Below, one piece after another: positions 28,635 through 36,017 of a DNA stretch of 64,000 nucleotides. The position numbers and the translations under genes are program-made. Positions within the stretch are counted from its first letter, which is position 1. Each line of letters begins with the position of its first letter. The notes beneath the pieces were generated by a model. That model did no database searches and was not told the origin of the DNA. It was given only the letters and a program-made list of their open reading frames with translations. Where the stretch lies: contig CAWHUZ010000005.1 in NCBI GenBank assembly GCA_963832685.1, positions 141,582 through 205,581 on the forward strand, read 5' to 3'. Origin of the DNA: an uncultured beta proteobacterium (GTDB lineage: Bacteria; Pseudomonadota; Gammaproteobacteria; Burkholderiales; SG8-39).

Positions 28635-29591
28635 TCAGGGCGTTTTGGTCTCGTAGCGCAGCGATGCGCCGATCAGGTGGAAGCGCTGCCACTCGGTGCG
28701 GGGGTCGGGGCGCGCATCCGAATCGAACGCGAGCGTCGCGCCGAGATCGACGCGGGAAATCGGAATGTCGAGGTTCGACTTGAGAAAGTCCAGCAGGCCG
28801 CTGTCTTCGGGCTCGGGTCCGAGCAGCAGCTTGTTGACCGCGACGTAACCGAACTGGCGGTCGAAGTGGTCGAGCGTGCGCGTAAGCTCGAGCGCGATGC
28901 GATTGAACGCCTCGGTTCGCTCGTTGACGGCCGATATCTGCTCGTAGCCGATGTCGATGCGGCGCGCGAGGTAGAGCTCGCCGCGGTAGTTGATGGTGAA
29001 CAGGCCGTCGCCCTGGCCCAGATACAGCAGCCCGACGCCGCGTTCGTCTTCCTCGTACAGCGCGGCGATGTTGCGCTGCGCGGTTTCCGCGATGTCGATG
29101 ACCGAGAGCGGAATCTGAGCCGCGTCGAAGCGCTCGATGCAGGCCTGCACCGCCTCGTTGCGCGCCGCCACCGCGTACATCGAGTGGCTGCGCGTCGCGC
29201 CAGCGGGATCAGGAGGGATGTCGAGCACGTCGACCGTGGCGTCGTCGACGTGATAGTCGAGCAGGTCCTTGATGCGCCAGCGGATCGCCGCCTTCAATTC
29301 GGCGGGCGGGACATTCGGCGCCTCGACCAGCAGCAGCTGGTAATCGCCCGGCGCGAGCAGCGTCGCGCAACGATAGCGATCGAGATGCCATTCCTTGCTC
29401 AGCTTCTCGGCCCCGGCGAAATCGCCCTCCAGCGCGCGCGAAGCGAGTCGATCGATGCGCGCCTTGCCGTTCAGCGCGATGCGGCCGTGAACGATGGCGA
29501 GTTCCTGCGGCCTCAGCGACGCCGCCAGCCAGCCGGGCTCGCGTTTCTTCTTGTTGGTCGAACCCCAACTCATCTCACCGCCACCCGCCAC
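28635..29591 (-). CDS. mshI: MshI (PilM-like, actin-fold) pilus biogenesis protein
   Basis: 318 aa. It is the first gene after an AT-rich gap and is followed by PilN/PilO/PilP-like genes and the secretin. The start may be the second ATG at 29573. Confidence 0.7.
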   Translation of the reverse strand: MAGGGEMSWGSTNKKKREPGWLAASLRPQELAIVHGRIALNGKARIDRLASRALEGDFAGAEKLSKEWHLDRYRCATLLAPGDYQLLLVEAPNVPPAELKAAIRWRIKDLLDYHVDDATVDVLDIPPDPAGATRSHSMYAVAARNEAVQACIERFDAAQIPLSVIDIAETAQRNIAALYEEDERGVGLLYLGQGDGLFTINYRGELYLARRIDIGYEQISAVNERTEAFNRIALELTRTLDHFDRQFGYVAVNKLLLGPEPEDSGLLDFLKSNLDIPISRVDLGATLAFDSDARPDPRTEWQRFHLIGASLRYETKTP

Positions 29592-29647
29592 ACTCCTAAA
29601 TCAGTTCAAGGTAAAGAAATAACTATTTGTTGTCAATGATCTTTTTG

Positions 29648-30145
29648 TCAGTTTGTCACGGTCGCCTGAAGTTGGCGCTCGACGTATGCCGGACCCTGGG
29701 TGCCGGGACAGCTCGCCTGGTTGCAGGCGGTGGCCTTCAGCACGTAAGCGCGCAAGCCGCTTATTGCGCCTTCGGTCGTCGGCGCGGTCGAAGTGCATTC
29801 GACCTTGACGCTGAACGCGGCCAGTCCGGCGCTCAGGGCAAAGGTCTGCGCGGCCGGCGCGGCCGGCGCGACGGCTGCGTTGCACGCGCTCGCGTAGGCG
29901 CCTCCCGGGTCGCGCAGCAACTGGTACAGGCCCCAGTCGACGCCGGTATGGGCCGCCTGGTACGCCCTGGCGCCGAGCTCGTCGGCGGCGGAGGACTCCT
30001 GCTGCAGCGTCGATATGGTCAGCAGGTAGGCGGCCATCGCGGAGAGCGAAACGAGCAGAAAGAGCGCAAGGATGAGCGAGAACCCGCGCTGGCGCGCGCG
30101 CCGCACACGACCTGGTTCAAGGCACATTGTTGACGTGGATTGCAT
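29648..30145 (-). CDS. mshP: MshP-like (PilX-like) minor pilin/assembly protein
   Basis: RQRGFSLILALFLLVSLSAMAAYLL N-terminal hydrophobic helix without the canonical G/F cleavage motif, as in MshP. The start codon is uncertain (30145, 30127 or GTG 30106). Confidence 0.6.
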   Translation of the reverse strand: MQSTSTMCLEPGRVRRARQRGFSLILALFLLVSLSAMAAYLLTISTLQQESSAADELGARAYQAAHTGVDWGLYQLLRDPGGAYASACNAAVAPAAPAAQTFALSAGLAAFSVKVECTSTAPTTEGAISGLRAYVLKATACNQASCPGTQGPAYVERQLQATVTN

Positions 30146-31040
30146 GATAGAGCGATACGGTCTCGGCCACCCCGGACGAAGTGGGGGCGGAAAGGGTGAG
30201 GCGCAGCGTCAGCAGGCCGATCTGCGGCGAAACGTTCGGCGCGTAGTCGAAGTCGCACGCGCTCACCTTGGTCGCAATGACGGCCGAGCCGCCCGAGCCG
30301 AATGTGGTCGGCTGAGCCGCTGCGATCGGATAACCCCAGTAACGGGTAATGGTGCGCAAAACGGGGTCGCAGACGTAGCTCACCGGCCCCGAAATGATGA
30401 AGAAACGCCTGCCCGGCGAATCGTGCAGCGTGCGCTGGAACGTCGTCGCCGCGAACGCGACCCGGTCGCGTGCCGCCTCGGAGGTGTCGACCGAAGTAAT
30501 CAGCGCGCGATTGGCCGGCGGCCCGGCACTGTAGGCGTCCTGCCCCGCGAAACCCGGGCCGTAGTTGTTCAGCACCAGGTAATCGCCGGGCGTCACGCTC
30601 GCCGCGTCGGGCAGCTTGCCGATCGTCTTGAAGCAGGTGTCCGCGACCGAGTCGAAGCTGAGCTGGTCGTTGCCGGGCGGCGTGAGCGAGGGATCGTCGT
30701 TCGGGCAATTGGTGCCGCCGGCCGCCCCGCCGCCTTCGGCGCGGTATCGGCCCGCGGTCCGAACGGCAAGGAATTCGACGAAAACCGCGCCGCCGCTGGT
30801 GGTCGTGCGCACGCTGTTGGGCAGCGCAAGGCGCACGTCGCGGCCGATGCGCTGCACGGCGGTGTCGGCGATATCGGTCAGGTCGGCGCGGGCCGCGATG
30901 TCGGCCGCCTGGCGCACCGGGAAGACGAAGTAGGCCAGGCCCGCGACCACGATGCCCGTGACGACCATCGAGATCACCAGCTCGATCAGGTTGAAGCCGC
31001 GCGCGCGCGGCGTCCGCCGCTCAGGGAACGTTCGGCGCAT
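30117..31040 (-). CDS. mshO: MshO-like (PilW-like) minor pilin
   Basis: Prepilin N-terminal methylation motif RGFNLIELVISMVVTGIVV; 307 aa. Confidence 0.65.
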   Translation of the reverse strand: MRRTFPERRTPRARGFNLIELVISMVVTGIVVAGLAYFVFPVRQAADIAARADLTDIADTAVQRIGRDVRLALPNSVRTTTSGGAVFVEFLAVRTAGRYRAEGGGAAGGTNCPNDDPSLTPPGNDQLSFDSVADTCFKTIGKLPDAASVTPGDYLVLNNYGPGFAGQDAYSAGPPANRALITSVDTSEAARDRVAFAATTFQRTLHDSPGRRFFIISGPVSYVCDPVLRTITRYWGYPIAAAQPTTFGSGGSAVIATKVSACDFDYAPNVSPQIGLLTLRLTLSAPTSSGVAETVSLYHAIHVNNVP

Positions 31041-31581
31041 AGCGCAGGCGGTACCCCTGAAGGACTACGTTGGCGTTCGCCGGACCGGTCACGCTGACGG
31101 TGATGCGCAGACCCTCGCTGACCGGGATCCCCGGCAGCTCTCCGGCCACAATCGGCTGCACCGACACGCTCGCCGCGTAGCCGCTCAGCCCGGGCACGAG
31201 CGTGTTGGTGACGTCGCGGATGCCGCCCGACATCGAGAACCCGTTGTAGTCGTTCACGTTGTCGAAGCGCGGATCCGCGTAGCGCGTCTCGCCCGGTTCC
31301 GGGCCGGCGGCCTCCGGAATCGCGCAGCCCGCGGCGCTGGTCGCACTGCCGACCGCCGGATCGTCGGGATCGCAATACGTGAACGCGCGCAGCTCGATCT
31401 CTTCCATCAGCGAGGTGGCGATCGCGAGCGCCTGCTTGCGCACTACCGGATCGACGCTCGAGCGTGTCATCTGGTCGAACAGGATCGCCACGCCGGTCAC
31501 CCCGATCGCGAGCACGACGATGAACACGACCAGCTCGATCAGGGAAAGGCCCCGCTGCCGACGCGCCGGCCTACTGGACAT
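31021..31581 (-). CDS. MshD-like (PilV-like) minor pilin
   Basis: Prepilin motif QRGLSLIELVVFIVVLAI; 186 aa. Confidence 0.65.
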   Translation of the reverse strand: MSSRPARRQRGLSLIELVVFIVVLAIGVTGVAILFDQMTRSSVDPVVRKQALAIATSLMEEIELRAFTYCDPDDPAVGSATSAAGCAIPEAAGPEPGETRYADPRFDNVNDYNGFSMSGGIRDVTNTLVPGLSGYAASVSVQPIVAGELPGIPVSEGLRITVSVTGPANANVVLQGYRLRYAPNVP

Positions 31582-32020
31582 AGCCGGTCTCCGCGCTCAC
31601 GCTGACGGGACGGCCGTTGACCGTAAGCGTCACGGCGGCGCTCGGCTGCCCGAGGCCGTTGAAATTGAACGTCGAAGTCGACGCGACGAGGATCACCCCG
31701 CTCGGCGGCGTGATCACGAACGCGGCGCTCGAAGCGAGCGAGCTGACCGGGCTCGCGCAGGCCGCGTCGTAGCACAGCGACAGCTGGTACGGCGCCGACG
31801 GGTTCACTTTCACATAGATCACCCGCCGCTGCGCGATCGCGGTCTTCTGGGCGTAGCGCACTGCCGACTTCACCTGCTCTAGGAACCAGGTCTGGTCGAT
31901 CGACTTCTGGTTGAAGCTCGCCGCGGTCACCGCCGCAAGAATGCCCAGAATCAGGATCACCGTCACCAGTTCCAGCAGCGTGAAACCGCGCGCGGGGCGC
32001 GTGAAGGCACGCCGCTTCAC
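31571..32020 (-). CDS. GspH/FimT-type minor pilin (MshC-like)
   Basis: GTG 32020 (GTGA overlap with the upstream stop). ARGFTLLELVTVILILGILAAV prepilin motif; 149 aa. The 319-aa track ORF is an over-extension. Confidence 0.65.
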   Translation of the reverse strand: MKRRAFTRPARGFTLLELVTVILILGILAAVTAASFNQKSIDQTWFLEQVKSAVRYAQKTAIAQRRVIYVKVNPSAPYQLSLCYDAACASPVSSLASSAAFVITPPSGVILVASTSTFNFNGLGQPSAAVTLTVNGRPVSVSAETGYVQ

Positions 32021-33753
32021 CTGCCATCTCCCGTCCGGCTCTTGCCGACGTACGCCAGCACGCGCTCGCGCTCGCGTCGCACCTGCGGCATCAATGGCGC
32101 CATCGCCAGCGCCTCGCGCGACCAGGCCTCGAGCTCGGACGCGCTGGCGGGCCGCGCCAGCTCCTGCCCCAGCAGGCGGTAAGTGGTTATTCGCCCCAGC
32201 AAATTGCGCACCTCGAGCGGATTGGCGCGCAAGCCCGCGTCGAACTCGCGCAGCGCGAAGCGCACCGCGTCCGTGCCGCCGCCTGCGAACGCCTGACCCT
32301 GCCAGAATTGCCCCAGGTACCAGTGGTAGCGCCAGTCGCGCGGCTGCAGGCGGCTGGCGACCTGCAGCCAGTACGCGGCCGCCAGCGTCCGGCCCTCGCT
32401 CAACTGGCGCCGGCCCCAGTACGCGGCGCCCTCGGCCGCGACCGGCTGCGAAATCATGAACGCCGCCACCAGCAGCAGCGCGATGCGCGCCGCACGCGGC
32501 AGCGCCGGCAGCGAAAGCGCGGGCAAGCACCCGACCCCCGCTGCCGCCAGCAGGCGGTCAAGCCCGCCGAGCAGCGCGCCGAAAAGCACCAGGCAGGCGG
32601 GGACGTAGAACGGGTAGTCGACCAGCGCGTGAACCGACATTGTCGCCAGCCCTGCGACCGCCGCCACCGCATGCACCTTCTGCTCCGGATCGAGCCGCAC
32701 CAGGGCGCGCCGCGCCAGGGCGTAGGGCAGGAACGCGAGCGCGGCAAGCGCGAGCAGGCCGAGCGGCCCCGTTTCCTGCAGCAGCTGAAGATAGTCGTCG
32801 TGGACGAAATAGGTCACGTGGTCCGCGCCGTACGAGGGTACCTCGGCGCGGTGTCGCTCCAGCGCGTAGCGATACGTCAGGTAGCCTGTGCCCGCAACGG
32901 GATGCGCACGGTACGCCTCCCATGCCAGCGCGTAGAGCTCCAGCCGCGAAAGCGAAGACTCGAGCCGCGCCCGCGCGTTTGGGCCCGATTCTTCATGCGC
33001 AAGGCCCGGCAATTGCAACCGTGCCGCGAGGCTCAGCAGCACTCCCAGGATCGCCACCGCCCCGAGACGTGTCCAGGCACGCCCGTCCGGGCGCGGCAAC
33101 CGTATGCCGAGCAGGAGCGCCGCGCCTGCGCCGGCGAGCGCGCCGATCCAGGCGCCGCGGCTGAGCGCGGCGAACGAGGCAGCCGCGAGCAACGCGAGCA
33201 GCACGGCGAGAATTCGACCGCCGCGGCCCCAGAGCAGCCAGACCGCGGCCGGCAGCAAAACGAGGTCGAGCAGCGCGGCATAGGTGCTGGGCGTCTCGAG
33301 AAAGGCGAGCGCGCGCGCCTCGCCCTGAAAGCGCACCTGGGCCAGCCCCCAGACGCCGAGCACGAGCGCGGCGGCGAGCGCGCCGCCGAATAGCGAACGC
33401 TGCAGTCGCTCGGGGCAGCGGCGCGCCGTGGCAAAGGCGAGGATGAACAGCAGGGGGTGGAACAACCCGGCGGACGTATAGGCCGGGCTTGCGAGCAGGT
33501 TGTTGGCCGCGATCAGCGCCGCGAACCCTCCCGCTGCCACGGTGAGCCAGGTCGTCGCGGGCGCGCGTTGCCCCAAGCCAACGAGCGCGATCAGCGCGAG
33601 TCCGGACGCCGCCCAGAGTCCAATCACGGCCTGCGCCGAGCCGGCTGCCGCGAGGGCGAGCGCAAGAAAAAAAAAGGGGGCCGCAAGGCCCCCCTTTTTT
33701 TGTGCCGATGTCGTCTTCAGCCCTGCGTGGCGGCTTTGCTCAGCGACTGTCAA
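32017..33753 (-). CDS. O-antigen ligase (Wzy_C/PglL-TfpO-like) polytopic membrane protein with C-terminal TPR region; putative pilin O-oligosaccharyltransferase
   Basis: Over 10 predicted TM helices, a periplasmic loop ..HPVAGTGYLTYRY..HVTYFVHDDYLQLLQETG.. typical of O-antigen ligases, and TPR-like C-terminal repeats. The true start is probably GTG 33627, because the longest ORF runs through the pilin terminator hairpin. Confidence 0.7.
   Translation of the reverse strand: MTVAEQSRHAGLKTTSAQKKGGLAAPFFFLALALAAAGSAQAVIGLWAASGLALIALVGLGQRAPATTWLTVAAGGFAALIAANNLLASPAYTSAGLFHPLLFILAFATARRCPERLQRSLFGGALAAALVLGVWGLAQVRFQGEARALAFLETPSTYAALLDLVLLPAAVWLLWGRGGRILAVLLALLAAASFAALSRGAWIGALAGAGAALLLGIRLPRPDGRAWTRLGAVAILGVLLSLAARLQLPGLAHEESGPNARARLESSLSRLELYALAWEAYRAHPVAGTGYLTYRYALERHRAEVPSYGADHVTYFVHDDYLQLLQETGPLGLLALAALAFLPYALARRALVRLDPEQKVHAVAAVAGLATMSVHALVDYPFYVPACLVLFGALLGGLDRLLAAAGVGCLPALSLPALPRAARIALLLVAAFMISQPVAAEGAAYWGRRQLSEGRTLAAAYWLQVASRLQPRDWRYHWYLGQFWQGQAFAGGGTDAVRFALREFDAGLRANPLEVRNLLGRITTYRLLGQELARPASASELEAWSREALAMAPLMPQVRRERERVLAYVGKSRTGDGR
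33667..33701 (-). terminator. Rho-independent (bidirectional-looking) terminator after the major pilin gene
   Basis: An A9 run, GGGGGCC-GCAA-GGCCCCC, then a T7 run, ~85 nt after the pilin stop. Confidence 0.8.
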
Positions 33754-33783
33754 ACCGCACCGACGACACCGCGCGCCGGGCGC

Positions 33784-34137
33784 TTACGGCCCGGTGCAAA
33801 GCGTGGCCGGCAGCGCCGTGCAGGTCGTAGTCGTCGCATCACCGGAGTAGGTCGCGATCGGCGCAGCGCAGGTACCGGAGATGGAAAGATTCGAGCTTAG
33901 AGTGACGTTGCCCTTCACCGCGGCGAAGCCGCTCGCGGCCTTGTTCGACGCGTAGAGCAGAACCGCCGAGGACTGGAGCGCGCCGCATGCGCCATCCCTC
34001 ACGGCCGCGCGTGCGCTGGCCGAAAGGTCGGTAAATTGCGGTACCGCGATCGCTGCCAAGATGCCGAGGATCACGATCACCACCACCAACTCGATCAGGG
34101 TAAAACCCTTCTGCGCCGCTCGCTTGATCAGCTTCAC
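33784..34137 (-). CDS. mshA: Major type IVa pilin (MshA-like)
   Basis: GTG start with AGGAGG 8 nt upstream. The leader MKLIKRAAQKG|FTLIELVVVIVILGILAAIAVPQF has the canonical G/F cleavage site and Glu5. 117 aa with four Cys. Confidence 0.85.
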   Translation of the reverse strand: MKLIKRAAQKGFTLIELVVVIVILGILAAIAVPQFTDLSASARAAVRDGACGALQSSAVLLYASNKAASGFAAVKGNVTLSSNLSISGTCAAPIATYSGDATTTTCTALPATLCTGP

Positions 34138-34272
34138 CGAGTACCTCCTGTAATCTTTGTCTTCGAATGCAACTCCAACCCTTGATTGGGCTCCAGGCAG
34201 ACAGCTTTTGTCAAGCTACGTCAGGGGGTTTTTAGATCATTTCTAGAAAATTGGTGAGGTCGGCGCGATGTA

Positions 34273-34788
34273 TTAGCCCCCGTCCGGTCCCCATTCGTAG
34301 GGGGTGACCGCGTGAAGCAGGAACGGCGAATACGAGCCCGAGGGCGTGTGCTCGACCCGCAGCCGGAATCGGATCGCCGGTACCGGGTCCGTGCCGCCCG
34401 AGAAGCTGTTCGCGCGCCGCACCAGATAGACCAGCTCGTGCTGCCCCCGGTCGTAGAGCCAGTTGCCTGAGTCGAGCGTGGTCAGATCGGGATGCTCGAA
34501 TTCACCCAGGTAGTTCGGCAGATCGGCTTGCGCGAGCGAAACCGGGTTGCGCTCCGCCCAGTTGCTCTCGATCTTCGCCGCGCGGCCCGACAAGACGGCC
34601 TTCGCCGCACGCGCGTAGAGCGCGGACTGAAGGCGCGACACGGTCGCTTCCATGGCGGTCTTCTCCGCCACTTCCGACAGCTGCTCCAGGCGGTGGAGCA
34701 GGAGCGCGGCAAGCGCGGCGGCGATGACCACGTAGAGCGCTGACTCCAGGTAGCTGCGCTGACGAAGGCGAACCGGGAACAGAGTCAC
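34273..34788 (-). CDS. MshF-like small membrane protein
   Basis: GTG 34788 (GTGA overlap with the mshG stop). N-terminal hydrophobic helix YLESALYVVIAAALAALLL. Its position after mshE-mshG matches mshF. No diagnostic motif. Confidence 0.45.
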   Translation of the reverse strand: MTLFPVRLRQRSYLESALYVVIAAALAALLLHRLEQLSEVAEKTAMEATVSRLQSALYARAAKAVLSGRAAKIESNWAERNPVSLAQADLPNYLGEFEHPDLTTLDSGNWLYDRGQHELVYLVRRANSFSGGTDPVPAIRFRLRVEHTPSGSYSPFLLHAVTPYEWGPDGG

Positions 34789-36017
34789 CGGGCAAGCATC
34801 ACCTTGCCGATGCCCCAGATCGGCAGGAACACGCCGAGCGCGAGCACAAGCACCATTACGCCCATCGCCACCGTGAGAATCGGCTCGATGTTGGCGCTCA
34901 GGTTGCGGATCTCGTAATCGACCTCGCGCTCGTACATGCGGGCGACCTCCGCCAGCAGCTCGTCGAGCTCGCCGGTCTCTTCGCCGACCGCGATCATCTG
35001 CAGCACCACGGGCGTGAAGACCCCAACCGCGACTGCGGTGCGCAGCAGGCTCTCGCCGCGCTCCACGCCGTCGCGCATCTGCTCGATACGGTGCGCGATA
35101 TACACGTTGTCGACCACGTCGGCGACCACGGTCAGCCCCTGCACGATCGGCACCCCTGACTGCATCGCCACCGCCAGGCTGCGCGTCAGGCGCGACAGCG
35201 TCGCCTTGGTTACGATCTCGCCCGCGATCGGCAGGTTGAGCTTGAGGTGGTCCCAGGCGTAGCGCCCGCCATCGGTGCGCAAGTACGCGCGCAGGCCTGC
35301 GACCAGCGCGATCAGTGCGACGAGCATCGCCGGCCACCAGGCGAGGAAGAAATTCGAACTCGCGATCAGCACTCGCGTCAGCACCGGCAGCGGCACCTTG
35401 TTTGCCGCGAAGATCTTGGCGAATGCCGGGATCACGGCGAAATTCACGATCGCGATCGCGACCACGATCGCGGTCAGGACGATGATCGGATAGCGCAGAG
35501 CGGTCTTGATCCGCTCGCGCACGCCGCGCTCGAATTCGATGTGATGAAACATGCGATCGAACGACTCCGCCAGCGTGCCCGTGGTCTCGCCCACCCGCAC
35601 GATGCTGACGTAGTAGTTGCTGAACACCTTGGGGTGCCGGCGCATGGCGGTCGAGAGCTCGCGCCCTGCGTCGAGGTTGACCAACAGGTCCGCGATCACC
35701 TCCTTCAGCGTGGCGTTGCGCACCGACTCCTGCAGCCCCGCGAGCGCGCGCAGGATCGGAACGCCCGACCTGAGCAGGGTGTACATCTGACGCGAGAACA
35801 GCATGACCTCGAGGTCGCCGACCTCCGGCGCGGTAAGCAGGCGCCACCATTTCGGCGCGCCGCCGTTCAGGCCATCGCTGACCGCGGCGTCGATCTGAAC
35901 CGGCGTGATCCCGGTGCTCAACAGCTGGTCCGCCACTGCGCCGCTATCGACGGCCTCGAGCTGGCCCACCACCAGGTCGCCGCGCGAATTGCGTCCGCGA
36001 TAGGCGAATTGCGGCAC
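34785..36017 (-). CDS. mshG: Type IV pilus platform protein MshG (GspF/PilC family)
   Basis: 410 aa with two GspF repeats and three TM segments: MPQFAYRGRNSRGDLVVGQLEA.. Confidence 0.9.
   Translation of the reverse strand: MPQFAYRGRNSRGDLVVGQLEAVDSGAVADQLLSTGITPVQIDAAVSDGLNGGAPKWWRLLTAPEVGDLEVMLFSRQMYTLLRSGVPILRALAGLQESVRNATLKEVIADLLVNLDAGRELSTAMRRHPKVFSNYYVSIVRVGETTGTLAESFDRMFHHIEFERGVRERIKTALRYPIIVLTAIVVAIAIVNFAVIPAFAKIFAANKVPLPVLTRVLIASSNFFLAWWPAMLVALIALVAGLRAYLRTDGGRYAWDHLKLNLPIAGEIVTKATLSRLTRSLAVAMQSGVPIVQGLTVVADVVDNVYIAHRIEQMRDGVERGESLLRTAVAVGVFTPVVLQMIAVGEETGELDELLAEVARMYEREVDYEIRNLSANIEPILTVAMGVMVLVLALGVFLPIWGIGKVMLAR

Noticed and set aside
33667-33701. The A9-hairpin-T7 element as another REP or as a slippage-prone phase-variation tract.
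   Set aside because: The sequence is unrelated to the REP core. Its position after the highly expressed pilin gene and its stem plus U-run geometry fit an ordinary intrinsic terminator.
34150-34200. Sigma54 (-24/-12) promoter upstream of the pilin gene.
   Set aside because: The best GG...GC candidate (GGGTTGGAGTTGC) has 9 rather than 10 nt between the GG and GC dinucleotides, and the flanks do not fit TGGCAC-N5-TTGC.
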